From positions 41,294,001 to 41,358,000 of the forward strand of contig CM119371.1 of assembly GCA_051294905.1 (NCBI GenBank): a stretch of DNA of 64,000 nucleotides, written 5' to 3'. The stretch is from Botryllus schlosseri. Its lineage: Eukaryota. The notes beneath the pieces are model-generated. The model did not search any database. It was given only the letters and a program-made list of their open reading frames with translations, and had not been told where the DNA came from. Shown here piece after piece: positions 27,801 through 39,448 of this stretch. Numbering within the stretch: position 1 is the first letter of the stretch; each line of letters begins with the position of its first letter. Both the position numbers and the translations under genes were made by a program.

Positions 27801-29569
27801 AATCTTGATATGTATTGACGCAACTTCTACTTGCAGCTGAGTGAAAATTACTACACTTATTTTTCATCACTACTTATTTAAGTACCGACTACGACAATAC
27901 ATTGCCCACCCTTGGAACCATTTCACATCAGACCGATTCATGCAATCGCATCTTTGCCGCTTGACGCGGTGGTGATCCCAACGAGATTCGTCCGCCAATT
28001 AACCTTCACATTACTATCGCTAACCTTAGATGTGCGCTAACACTAAATAAATTTATTACCATTATTGCTAACATTGCCCGCATTCCAAATGGATGGGCGG
28101 GGCCGCATACTGTCGAATGTGCAGAACCGTTGGCTCAGATTGAAAGTGTCCTCCTGCTGATGCTGATACTTTACTAACTAACACCTCGAGCAGGGGTGCG
28201 CAACCTTTTTGCTACTCACGGTCGCATTTCGATTACTTATGTAGCCTACGGCCGCATTCCAGTACATAAGCCGTAATCAATTAAATGGGCGTCAAATGCC
28301 CATGTAAAACTGTCCATGTCCGTTCCGGACTAATCGGCTTAGTGTAATTTTTTTAAAGATTCACAATTGAATTTCGTTATTATTATTAGTATGTTCACAC
28401 ATTGTAATCATATCTTTATCCTGTATCAGCCCATGTGATCACATTCACTGGTGGAGTTGGTGGAGGTAGCGTCTTCGGAAATTTAGGGCAAGTTGCACAT
28501 GATGATGCATCTTCGGGGGGACTAATTGTTATTAATTACTTTATTGCATGCTATTATTTCTTGACCTCCCATCAGGATTGTCGGTGGCCTATAGCGGAAG
28601 TATATTGTAATCGCCTGAACCAGTGGTTCGCAACCTTTTTGGATGTCAGGATCGCATTTCAAACTTCAGAGTACGAATGAAGCCGCATGAAAACCCTCGA
28701 GTATAGGCTACTAATAAAGAAAATTTAAAGGTAGCTAGCCTACCTCTGCTCTCAGGGCTCGGACGGCTCTAGGCATACCTAATATCCCTAATCTTATCAT
28801 TCATATATAGAAATTAACTATAGCCATCCATAGAAACAAACAACAACTGTCGTCTATTATATTTTTGTGTCATATTTAGAGCTCAATCAGAGCCGCCAGA
28901 AGGCTGCCTTGGAGTCGCATGTGGCTCTGAGAGCCGCGGTTGGGAATCACTGGCCTAAACGAACCAGAAACCAATTTATTTCGTGAGAAGCACACTATTC
29001 CAAGTTGGTATTTCTATATGGTTAGCATCATTTTTATCTTCTGATTGCGTCCGTACTGCGGGGCTCAGCTAGCAAAAAGCGCTGCTATGAAGTGGTGCGA
29101 TGAATCGCGCCTCGCGCGAAGAACAATTTCAAGATTATTTAGAATTCAATTAATCAAAAATTCAATGTGCCTGTCAACGGCCGCCAGCACATACTAATTA
29201 AATTACGTGTCACGGCCGAACAAATTTCCTTCTGCGTCCGCAGGATGCCCACCCCTGATCTCGAGCAACACTGCAGGCTTACTCGACCTGACTAAATGTT
29301 TAAGCCTAGGGCTAGTTATATATTTATACCAGGTGATAAATTTGTAATTGTCGATATTTCATGGCCAATTTTCTTTACTTAACTATATACTCGAACACAA
29401 TGATTTTTAGATGAAGGTGCCGCCGATCAAGATGAGCAGTTCTCCTGTTACAATGGAATAAAATGTATCGCCGTGGATCAATTTTGTGACGGAATTCAGC
29501 AATGCAGGTCGTATTGATGTATTCTACCAGCTTATGTATAGTAGTTATGTTAGAGGCTTCTCGTAGGCC

Positions 29570-29607
<38 letters not shown>

Positions 29608-32600
29608 TCTTTTTCGCCTGCACCATCGAGATGCTTTGACGACGGAGTTGCGATACGGCCCCATGAGGTCATCTAGTCTGCGCCCCCTTTTTTTTTCTCC
29701 TCCATGCTATTCGTGATTGCTGAGCGCCTAGCAGGTTAGCTGCGGATACCAATTTTCGAGTCTTTGGTATGACCCGGCCGGTGATCGAACCCACGACCTA
29801 CCGCTCGAGAAGCCGGACGCATAACCATTACACTATCTCGCTCGGCTACAATTTGGCTTAAAGGGGCACTGCGCTCTAAATATGATGTGGTCTCAAATTG
29901 AAGGGCAAAACGAAAAAAAATTTTTGGCCGCAGCCGTTTTCTTCAGAACGCCACCGTAATGGAGCTGCAATTTATTGAAATTTCCAGAAACGCACCCGGC
30001 TGCAGCTGTCGCGGCTCCGGGTAATTTCTTAACCCGTTACATGGCACGATGACTTCATCGTCGCACTTGCTGGACGCGATTACGCAGGCACGCAGTGGAC
30101 GAACTGTAGATAGTTGTCAGCCGATGTTATGAAGCAAATATGTCTTACACGCCAAGGTGGTGTAGATACGGCGTTCCACGGACGATATTGAAATTTGCAC
30201 CCAAACGTCTTCATTTTACTTATGACACAATGCTTGCACGAACCAAACTGGCTGTCCTGGACCACAATGAGAATGTTGGCAGATTTCCTGCGGTGACACA
30301 AGAAGGTTTGCTGTGCAGATGTTTGCAAGTCAAGGTACTCAGTTACTTACTCTATATTTGTTTAAGCAGGTGTTCTACGATACAAAAAAAGTTACTCTCG
30401 GTCAGCAAAAGAGTGGATCTTGAAAAGCATGTATGAAAAGAAGACGAACCACTATGCGAGAGAGCTTTTGAGGCGAACTGCTGAGAATCGCACCGGCATC
30501 AACTTCCCCAGTAACATTTCAAGAAGTGTGCATCCAGTCAGCATTGCACCAGAACCAGCCCGCTCTAAAGAGGAATTACTTCCACTGCCTGACTGCCCCG
30601 TTGTAATACCCTGGCTATGTAGTCCTCGGATGTTTCTTTTATTATTTATTTTAATAAACGAGTAAGCAAAGTAGTGGATGTATCAGGCATAGCAGCCATT
30701 GGTGGAATATAGAATGCAAACAGTTCCAGATCACTGTCTAATGATACAGTAACAGAACTGATTTCGACATATATAGCAGAGCTGCAGTGTTATCAATCAC
30801 AGTTCGTTTTCTATCGGCCATTTGAAACCGACATACAGTCCATCATCACTAGGGTACTTTTGCCTTGTAGCAGTCACAATGCACGCTGGCAAGGGCATCC
30901 TGTTTTTGCTACCCAAAACGTCGCCATCAATAATCCATTCCAGTATGTGTCGATAAGACACCAAGCGATATTGTCTGCAATTGGAAAACATCAAAGGATA
31001 TTGCAGCAATAAAAAAATGCTGAAAACTAATACCAGCATTTATACGACGGAGAGTATAATGCTCTCAATTTATAAAGTGTAGGCATATATATAAAAGCAT
31101 GCGAGAAAAGGTGAAGAATGCAGGAAATTGTCGTTTATATCCAGGAACCATGTCATAAGTCCAAGACCCTGTCATAGGTCCAATACTAAACAACACAAAA
31201 TGTTCTAGGACCCACTTGCTAGAAAGCCTTCTGCCAGGACCATGTGGTTGATTGTTATTATTCCAGTTTTTTCTGTTCACTTTGAAAAACGTTTCAAGAA
31301 TGGAGGGATGTATAATATGTATATGTAGGAGAAAATCGTCATGTTCTGTTATGCAAGTCGACCCTCCATTCCCAAGAAGCTCCATTATTTGTTGTATTTC
31401 CCTGCAGCAGACGCGCTCATTCTGGTTTGTCATGGATGCACAGTTCAAGCAACTGCACCATTCATTGTCTAGTGTCCGAAGTTGACTCTGGTTTTCTGAC
31501 GATTCCTTTGACCAATACAATGAGATTGATAAATTGCATTCAAGAAACACAGGTACAATACTTACAGAGACATGAGTTTGTGCTTCTAGAGTTGCAACAA
31601 GACGGGCGAATTCCTCCTCGGAATATTGTGGCTCGAATTGATACGGCAGGCTCTCACCAAATATCGTGATATCATCGAAATCTTCTACATCTGTATCTTC
31701 ATCAGAAGTTACGTCATCAACAAGATCTTGTTCCATACCATTATTAATTTTAACAAATTTTACGTTATCTACGTGTCAAAGGAATTGCATGAATGAACTG
31801 ATGGAGACAGAAGATTTGTTTGTGAAACTGAGAACAACAATGTTACGATAAAAATTTCCACAACAATATTGGAACTTTGATGAGAATGAAATAATGATAT
31901 CTTTGTGTTGACTATCTACATCTGTGTCTTGAACAAGTAAACTGGACCGTATCAAGATAGTTGCTATGCCATGGGTAAATGATGCAAAATATCTGGTGTC
32001 TGTCTATTCCACAAGACCACTACTCCAAAGGTTGTGCACTGTGCTGTCGTTAATACATCTTGAAAATGACAGCTGTATCTGCATCAATATACAACTGTAA
32101 CGGCATCTCAGTATCAGTCAACTGGCAAATACTATAAGTCATGACAAGCTCCAGACACAAATCATCCTGACTTAACACCGTACGTTGAGCGCCGCCTTGG
32201 TGTGCAAGACATGAGTCCTTCATAACATCGAATGACAACTATCTAAAGTTCGTCCTCTGCGTAATCGCGTCGAGCAAGTGCGACGATGAAGTCATCGTGC
32301 CATGTAACGGTTTAAAGGGGCACTGCGCTCTAAATATGATGTGGTCTTAAATTGAAGGGCAAAACGAAAAAAAAATTTTGGCCGCAGCCGTTTTCTTCAG
32401 GACGCCACCGTAATGGAGCTGCAATTTACTGAAATTTCCAGAAACGCATCCGGCTGCAGCTGCCGCGGCTCCGGGTAATTTCTTAATCCGTTACATGGCA
32501 CGATGACTTCGAGAAAGGAGGACACTTATTCAAAATTTTCAGAAATAGAATAGTGGATCAAGTATAGAATCCTGAAAAAATAGTAAATTTTTCAGACTCC

Positions 32601-35600
32601 GTGGTCGGTCGACTAAAAAAGGGATAACTTTCCAGCTCAACTCCGGAAATACAGTTTTTCTTTCACACTCAACATTGGTTGACTATTTGGTTGAAATTCT
32701 TTTCATTCGCCCAAGTACGAACCGTCACACAGGTTGAGAAGCACTTTCTGCTGTAGCCGTTTTTCAGGGTAACAGTAATTTCTTATCCACAACACGAATA
32801 CCACCAGTCAGGGTTCCCCATGAACATGACAAAATTCATGACATTCAAAATTGGTGGTTCGGGTAGGCTACTGTAGGAAAATTCATCATCCCTAACCAAA
32901 ATCCAACGGTACGCAAACCTAACCTGAACCCACAACTCCGCAGCTGACCCTAAAACATATTATTCATTATATTATAATCTTACTAATCCCCAAGCCATCA
33001 TCTTATGATTCTCCAACCTGAATGCGAAACCAATTATGACCGCTCTGAATTTTGAAATGTTCAGAGGGCACTCTGATTGGTGATGGTAATGTTTTATACA
33101 TAACATAAGAATAGGACATGATCTATTCCTGCCCTCAAGAAATAGAATACACTAGGCCCAATTAAGAGAAAAATCTGTTGACTGAATATCGTCCGTGGAA
33201 CGCCGTATCTACACCACCTTGGCGTGTAAGACATATTTGCTTCATAACATCGGCTGACAACTATCTACAGTTCGTCCACTGCGTGCCTGCGTAATCGCGT
33301 CCAGCAAGTGCGACGATGAAGTCATCGTGCCATGTAACGGGTTAAGAAATTACCCGGAGCCGCGACAGCTGCAGCCGGGTGCGTTTCTGGAAATTTCAAT
33401 AAATTGCAGCTCCATTACGGTGGCGTTCTGAAGAAAACGGCTGCGGCCAAAAATTTTTTTTCGTTTTGCCCTTCAATTTGAGACCACATCATATTTAGAG
33501 CGCAGTGCCCCTTTAAGGGGGTCACAATACTCAGAAAACTGATAATCAGTAGCATACTGAATTGATGAAGTCGATTAGCATCTCATCTGAAATCCTATAT
33601 CTGTCTAGCTCAAATTTACACGCAATTAAGAGAGATACACGATTTCAAAATAAATAATAAACATCTCATGTTTCAGTGACGGATCTGACGAACCGTACTA
33701 CCGAAACTCTGCCAACTACAGCAAAGAGGTTGTCGTTTGCCACAGACGGCTCAACGGTAGCGACGGCAGAGTGTGCATTTTACCGGAATCGCTTCATCCA
33801 CGAGAGAAGAATCTGTGCATTCGCGGTAAGAGAATAACTGGTGCGATTGACTCGTAAGTGGAAAGTTGCATCTCAAAACAACATATATTTAAGTTAAGGT
33901 AGCCTCGTCAAAGTTCTCTGAGTTGGTTGAAGCAGCCAACATTATTACTCACGAAGAAGTCGAAGTAAACACGTAAATTTCGACTCAATTACATGTAGAA
34001 GTAAGCATGTCAAAACTACTTCAAGTGAAAGTCCAAAAAGTACTCAAGCAAGTACAGCTTCAAAACGTAGATTTTATTGAAATGCCACCTATTTTAGTTG
34101 TCAGCTACTTTCGAACTTGAATGACGCGTCTCCAATAGGTGCAACCGGCAACGATATATTCAGTTAACATGATAGAAGAGCTATTTAGAACAGCCCATAT
34201 GACAGTGTCACCCATGAAAGCGGTGCGAACTTATCACAGCGTGATACGAAATCATTTCAGAAATACTTTCAGAATCCCATTTGCAAAAAGTAAGTACCAT
34301 TGCCTAAAACTGCGTTCAAGTAGCAGTAGAAGTAGTCCAAATCATAACCAATTCAGTAAGTAGTGACACCAGGAAAAACGTAATGGAATAGGCTACTCCG
34401 AGAAAGAACTTCGTTACTGACTACATATAGGCCAAAGTTTACATATTTACTGAGATACAGCGGAAGTACATATCAATATAAAACCTTTATCAATTACTCA
34501 CCGAAGCATTTTGCGTCCGTGGCATATGCCACTTGATAAGGGAAGTGATATCGGATATACTATAGAAAATGAAGAGAATTGTGGATGGTGTCGACCAATG
34601 TTCCCTCCAATATTTCACGAGTCTGCGGAAACTCACCAACTCACTGCGCGGTCGCGCGGACAGAGTGCGTAACATAGGGTTACCACGGATGGACTCCCGA
34701 TTTACCCGGACTTTCCGGTAATGTGTGGTGTTGACAAATAAAAAAGTCATCACTTTGCCTCGACTCCCGATTCCCCCGAATTTTGCGAAACTCTGCGACG
34801 GACTAGAGTTTTTGATAGCATTTTATTGCATTTTCTACAAAACGAAATGGTGTCGCTTCGTCTGATTACGAAATACCAATTACAAGTTAGTGATGTACAT
34901 TTGTACATTTGAAATGGTCGTCAATTTGGTCTATGATCATCAGTGCCTCCTGTGAAAGATATATAAATAACTTTTTTTTCGAACCACAGGTGGCTTTTTT
35001 GTTCGCGGAACACATTTCTCTGTGGGTGCAGACTTTGTTAGCAGTATGCGCGCGAGCAGACAAGTGGGAACATTGGTGATGAATACAGTTGCATTTAAAA
35101 CAAAAATCAATTTGAAACGTGGCCGTGACAGTGGGTTGACATTGATTATTGAAGATATAGGGTAAATATGGTTCTTCCGACGAAAAGGACTTCCGACCAC
35201 TGTCATGAACAGACTAAAAATATCTTTAACCGGGATTACATCGTTATCGTTATGCAGCATTTTTACGATCGGCCAGCATCATCATCGGAACACCAATCCC
35301 GTACCAATGATATATATTCTATATTAACGTACTATAACTGTTGAACCGAGGCCCATTGATGTGGCGAGATAGCGCAGTGGTATAATCCGCGGCTGCAACA
35401 CCAATGGGTGCGAGCTCGAGTCCAACCGAGGTCGAATTCAGCATTCCGATACCTAAGTGTTGAAGGTTTACCTAGACCACCTCATCCGAGTAAAAGCCTA
35501 GAGGTGGGCCGTGCTATAATTCGTCAGTTACGGAAAATAATGAACAATACCGGCCTGGTGTAAATGACTAGGCCTATAGTAGTCGACAGACACCATGAAT

Positions 35601-36947
35601 ACCACAAACAAACAAACCATTCGACCACCGTATACGTCGACAATAGTGGGCCTACATGTTTGTCAAAATTATTTCAACAATTATGACATAATTATACAAC
35701 GTTTAAAAAAATAAACAATTTCGTTCTTTAAAAAAGGGATTTGTTTAAAACACTGTTTAAAACATGTATTAACCAAAGTTTTCTAAAACAAAGTTTGTTT
35801 TAAATGCAACCCCGGTGATGACGATGAAGACAGTTGCAGTCATTGCAATTATGAGTTTTCCATATATATAAGCAACTATAACTTGTTTTCAGATGACCCG
35901 TGTCAAAATCAAAGTATTCTCGTGTGCAGGAATGGCATGCAATGTATTCCAAGACGCCGTTTTTGCGACGGGACCTCTGATTGCAGGCTCGTATCGGTTC
36001 CTTATCAACATCTGCGTTGTTGATTGGTTTATTTTTAAGTGCAATCGACTAAACCAAACTTATAATGCACTCTGCGTTGCTATACAAATCCAATCATCTT
36101 ATCTATAAAGACATTTGAAATTCCACCGTAGGCGGTCAAGAAGTAATCTGCTACTCAAGTATAGATGTAAAAGTGACGAGATAAATATCTACTCAATTGT
36201 AAGTAAAAGTAGCAATCTCCGGACAAGTCAAAGCTACTTGAGTGGAAGTAGAAAATTAAAGGCTTGAAACCATACTCAAGCACATAGTTTGAAAATTTTG
36301 ATTTAGTTGAAGAGACGCAAGTAGTACATCAGCGGTAGTTAATACCGTAATTTTGTCTTCGCGACTAACGCATAATGACTAATGACGCCACGATAATAGA
36401 TACCGTATTCGAAAATATATTCAGTTACACGGGGATATTTCACGCGGTTCTTAAAAAAATTTGACTCAGCACAAAGCTACTTCCTGCTGCTCAAAATCCA
36501 AACTGTAAAGTGCAAGTTATTTTACCCGAATTTTACCCGATTCAAGTAGAAGTGCAAGTAGTAGTCTACAAACAGTAGCTAAAAATAGACGTACTTCGTT
36601 ACGGACCACCTCTGGATTGCATCACATATTCCATGGTAGATGACCAACAATATCAGGCACTATAAGCTACAGCGTCTGCTGTATTGTCAACATTGGTCGA
36701 ATGGAGTAAATTGGAGTTTATATTCAGATCAGGCCCTGGTTTAAAAGGAATAGGGATATTAACGGAGTCGTCGCGCTAATGAATTTTTAGCGGATCTGTT
36801 AGTATAGGCATACTAATTTTGTTTAATTCAGAGACGACTCTGATGAGATACCTTGGAATGAAACTATCCATGACGAGAATATGACTAGTCTGGTCGATGG
36901 AAGTCGGCAAATCTACGTCACTCGTCAAGATACCGTTCTCTGTAAAA
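21878..36947 (+). CDS. Signal peptide-LDLa-VWA-LDLa-LDLa extracellular protein, 5' part; exons 21878-21938, 23859-23955, 25172-25320, 26374-26955, 29411-29507, 33677-33825, 35893-35986, 36832-36947
   Basis: Continuous frame over 1345 nt. LDLa motifs CDNG..FCDGIKQCSDGSDE, FSCYNGIKCI..FCDGIQQCSDGSDE and CRNGMQCIP..FCDGTSDCRDDSDE; VWA with DGSGS, TRTYNAL, VTDG. Ends at phase-1 donor A|GTGAGT. One donor (35987) must be GC. Confidence 0.85.
22248..22792. mobile_element. Family A hAT MITE
   Basis: GGGTTGCATTTAAAAACAAA start and TTTCAAATGCAGCTCTA end; internal match to other copies. Confidence 0.75.
22827..23093 (-). mobile_element. tRNA-derived SINE (family S1), full length
   Basis: Head GTGGCGAGATAACGGAGTGG, tail CACCATGAATACC; exact 13-bp TSD CACGTGCAGAGTT. 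Confidence 0.85.
23967..24383. mobile_element. hAT-like MITE with TAGAG termini and CCGATA arrays (second copy 56740-57145)
   Basis: TAGAGTCCGACCGA / TCGGTCGGGCTCTA; TSD ATCATGAT/ATAATGAT. Confidence 0.8.
24436..24987. mobile_element. Family A hAT MITE
   Basis: GGGTTGCATTTAAAACAAA ... CAACCCTA; near-identical 8-bp flanks CTTATAGT/CTTCTAGC. Confidence 0.8.
25400..25748. mobile_element. hAT MITE, family B (TAGGGTTACCA...AAAAGAGGAC type)
   Basis: Ends TATGGTAACCCTA; exact TSD TTCAAAGC; relatives at 19595-19933 and 48832-50120. Confidence 0.8.
27040..27073 (+). ncRNA. Degenerate minimal hammerhead motif (repeat copy H1)
   Basis: accc-CTGAAGA-g-tgttagc-c-GAAA-agat-TC-tgtt; core intact, stem I disrupted. 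Confidence 0.5.
28191..29257. mobile_element. hAT element with nested hAT MITE at 28621-28952
   Basis: Outer TSD ACCTCGAG/ATCTCGAG with CAGGGGTG termini; inner TSD GCCTGAAC/GCCTAAAC with CAGTG termini. Confidence 0.8.
29572..29846 (-). mobile_element. tRNA-derived SINE with Meta-domain-like core and (CT)n tail
   Basis: Minus strand: AGATAGTGTAATGG A-box, GGTTCGATCACC B-box, then GGGTCATACCAAAGAC..TGGTA..CTGCTAGGCGCTCAGCA; (AG)n at 29572-29600 on plus. Confidence 0.7.
30185..30665 (+). pseudogene. Kolobok transposase, C-terminal fragment only (intron 30306-30369)
   Basis: LKFAPKRLHFTYDTMLARTKLAVLDHNENVGR..EG|VLRYKKSYSRSAKEWILK..TNHYARELL..IAPEPARSKEELL; fused directly to the left TIR, so the N-terminal region and most of the catalytic core are missing. 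Confidence 0.8.
30797..31736 (-). CDS. KolX: Kolobok accessory protein KolX (P2X7 cytoplasmic ballast-like Cys-rich domain), about 212 aa; exons 31736-31566, 31505-31216, 30974-30797
   Basis: PYQFEP..WCSCLNCASM..ERVCC..CITEHDDF..YRLVSYR..W..LGSKNRMPLPACIV..RQKYPSDDGLYVGFK; GT-AG introns give an open 639-nt frame. Confidence 0.85.
35084..35814. mobile_element. Family A hAT MITE containing an S1 SINE (about 35361-35618, +)
   Basis: TSD GTGATGAA/GTGATGAC; SINE head GTGGCGAGATAGCGCAGTGG and (CAAA)n tail. Confidence 0.8.
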
Positions 36948-38396
36948 GTGAGTGGATCGGATATTTCCTAAATTACCACACATCTTCCAATTCTTTTACT
37001 CGGACTGGTCTCATAATCTAACTTCACGAATGCTATAGCACAGGGATGGTCGCGGGGTAGCGACATCTATATCACAAATATAGGAATCGCATCAGCAAAT
37101 AATTATCTCTACATTTTAGAAGTTTCAATTATTATTATTGCATTGTTTCGTAGTAACTATGTAAATGATTAAGGGCAATGTTCCCTCTCTGTACCGCTCG
37201 CACAAATAAAATCCATCTGTGGTTCGAAAAAAATTAAAACCACGTCTTTCGCAAAAGGCACCGATGCTCATTTGGCCAAACTGACGACCATTTTAGATGT
37301 ACAAATGTACATCACTAATTTGTAATCTGTAATTCGTAATCAGACGAAGCGACGCCATTCCGCTAGAAACATCGATTTCAACCCTGAGTGCTTTGAGAAA
37401 CACCCTCTCGTCTCTCCATTGGACGTGAACGTTTAAGCTCTTCTCCTCTGAATTATATTGTATTTGCACGGGTCTCATTCCCGCGCTAATTCCCGCGAGC
37501 GTCTCATTTGCGCGATCAAAATAATTCGTAACTCATTTTCGTGTTAGTCTTTCTAATTGGAGTTCGAAATTGGACGGCGTGTTATTGTGGAGAATGTGCC
37601 GTGCCCGCCCATTGTGCCTGCGAATTTCAATTCATTGCTGTGCATGATAGTTAGGCCTACTCAACGGGGCTTTGCAAAAGTTGATCGTGAAATGCTGCGA
37701 CTGTGAAGCGTGTAGGGCGTTGGATTACATCAGCTTCTCAGCGGCAAAATTCTGAGTTTATTCGATTCGTTTAGACGGAAATCTTTTATATTCCTTTTAA
37801 CTTGGCCGCCGCTGGGCCGACTAGTAATACCAATATCAAATTCTAACTAATTGCGCATTTGGCAGAAATCGGATTTCAATTGATAAGGTCATATACGCTC
37901 ACATAGTTTTGCTTCAGTTACACTTGAATAATAGTATTTTAAATCTGACTGTATGTCTGGATGGTAAATGAGTGCATTGTCGGTAGTAGGACGCCATATC
38001 AGTAATTTAACGCATTAGGCATACACCAGGAGTGACTAACTTGTGGCCGTAGAAGGAAATTTGTGCGGCTGTTAACACGTGATTCAATTAGCATGTTTTC
38101 GCGGCCATCGCCATACAAGTCGAATTTACGAATTGACTCCCGATTTTAATAAATCTTGAAATTTTCTTCGTGTTGAGCGCGATTCAATGCGACCTAATTT
38201 TTCAATTTTAATATAGCAGGGCCCTTTGCAATCTGAGCCCAACAGTGCAGATGCGAACGGTGGCGAGATAGCGTAGGTAGTGGTACGTTCCACAACTGCA
38301 TGGGTTGCGGATGATGACGCCATAACAGTATGAAAGACACGGAAAGTTCAAATATGCGCCTTTTATGCGACCGCAAAGCCTATATCATGCAAGTTA

Positions 38397-39294
38397 CAGT
38401 GTTGGGATCAAGTCACTACCTTAGAGTCACAAGTCCTCTAGAGTCATTGTAAATTATGACTCGAGTCAAGTCAAGTCAATCGAATCTCAAAGGTGAATCG
38501 AGTCAAGTCAAGTCACTCGTTTTTTGGAGGTGGTTCGAGTCAAGTCGACTCAAGTCATATCAAGTCACAATTCAAGTCAAATTAAATTTTTGAAGTATGA
38601 GTAATTCAAATTCATTACATTTTGCTAGATGTGCGGCAGACAGATTGATTGGTCATATATCTTGAATCAAATAACGAGTATTAAGTTAAATATACGTGCA
38701 AAATGGCGTTGTATCGCTGACGCACACTTGGAGCCGCTAATAAAATACGTGAGCCAGAATAGAGGATCGAATACGAAGCGCAGAGAAGTTGAAACAAATT
38801 GATATGGTACAATACACTACCCATCTACACATCCGTGAGATTATAAAAGCATAAACTTTATTCGCTCGATTCAAATCATACAAGAGGGTTGGCTAAGGTG
38901 GGCACTTAGCGATGTAAGCACTGAGCCGTCTAACAAACAGAGATACGTTGCTAATCTACAGCTAGTACATAAAGGTAGGCTGTCATCCTGTCGTTTTTGG
39001 TCAATTTATTTGTGATGTAGCAATGGAGGATCAGTCAAAGTTACAATCAGTGAATAATTACTGGTTGCTCTTACAAGTCACATCGGCGTATCGCGAATAA
39101 TCCGAACATCAACAAGATGCAGAGATTTAATCAACACCGTTTACTAGATGACTTGAACTTGACTAGTAAATTTTGCTCGAGTCACGAGTCAATCCACATT
39201 TTCGAAGCGCCGAGTCAAGTCAAGTCATTTTTGCGAGGTGACTCGAGTCAAGTCAAGTCATGCGAAAAAGTTGACTCGAGTCATCCCAACACTG
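38397..39294. mobile_element. hAT-like element with subterminal GAGTCAAGTC arrays
   Basis: CAGTGTTGGGAT / ATCCCAACACTG; exact TSD GCAAGTTA; related motif arrays at 46623-47181, 51972-52642 and about 21450-21615. Confidence 0.85.
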
Positions 39295-39414
39295 GCAAGT
39301 TATACATCACATTAAAAGATAATTTGGTAATTTGTCGACCACGCCTATTTCAAGAGCTTCTTGGAGGTATACAACTTCAATGTACAATTGAATAGTATTT
39401 TCATATTGAAATGA

Positions 39415-39448
39415 ACCCGAAAATTTACGGCTGACACTCGTCAGGGGT
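39415..39448 (-). ncRNA. Minimal hammerhead motif with mutated GAAA (copy H2)
   Basis: accc-CTGACGA-g-tgtcagc-c-GTAA-attt-TC-gggt on the minus strand. Confidence 0.55.

Larger units (their letters stand above)
29862..33512. mobile_element. Kolobok-superfamily DNA transposon, non-autonomous deletion derivative
   Basis: TTAA on both sides (29858-29861, 33513-33516); termini AGGGGCACTG...CAGTGCCCCT; 328-bp TIRs (29862-30189, 33185-33512) with no mismatch seen by eye; convergent transposase remnant and KolX gene; absent from the paralogous intron 23956-25171. Confidence 0.92.

Noticed and set aside
36838..36850. CTGATGAG as a hammerhead core
   Set aside because: It is the coding sequence for the LDLa SDE motif.
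38400..38580. GAGTCAAGTC and TCGAGT periodic motifs as a CRISPR-like array
   Set aside because: Short irregular subterminal repeats inside a TIR/TSD-bounded eukaryotic transposon; no constant repeat-spacer period and no cas genes.
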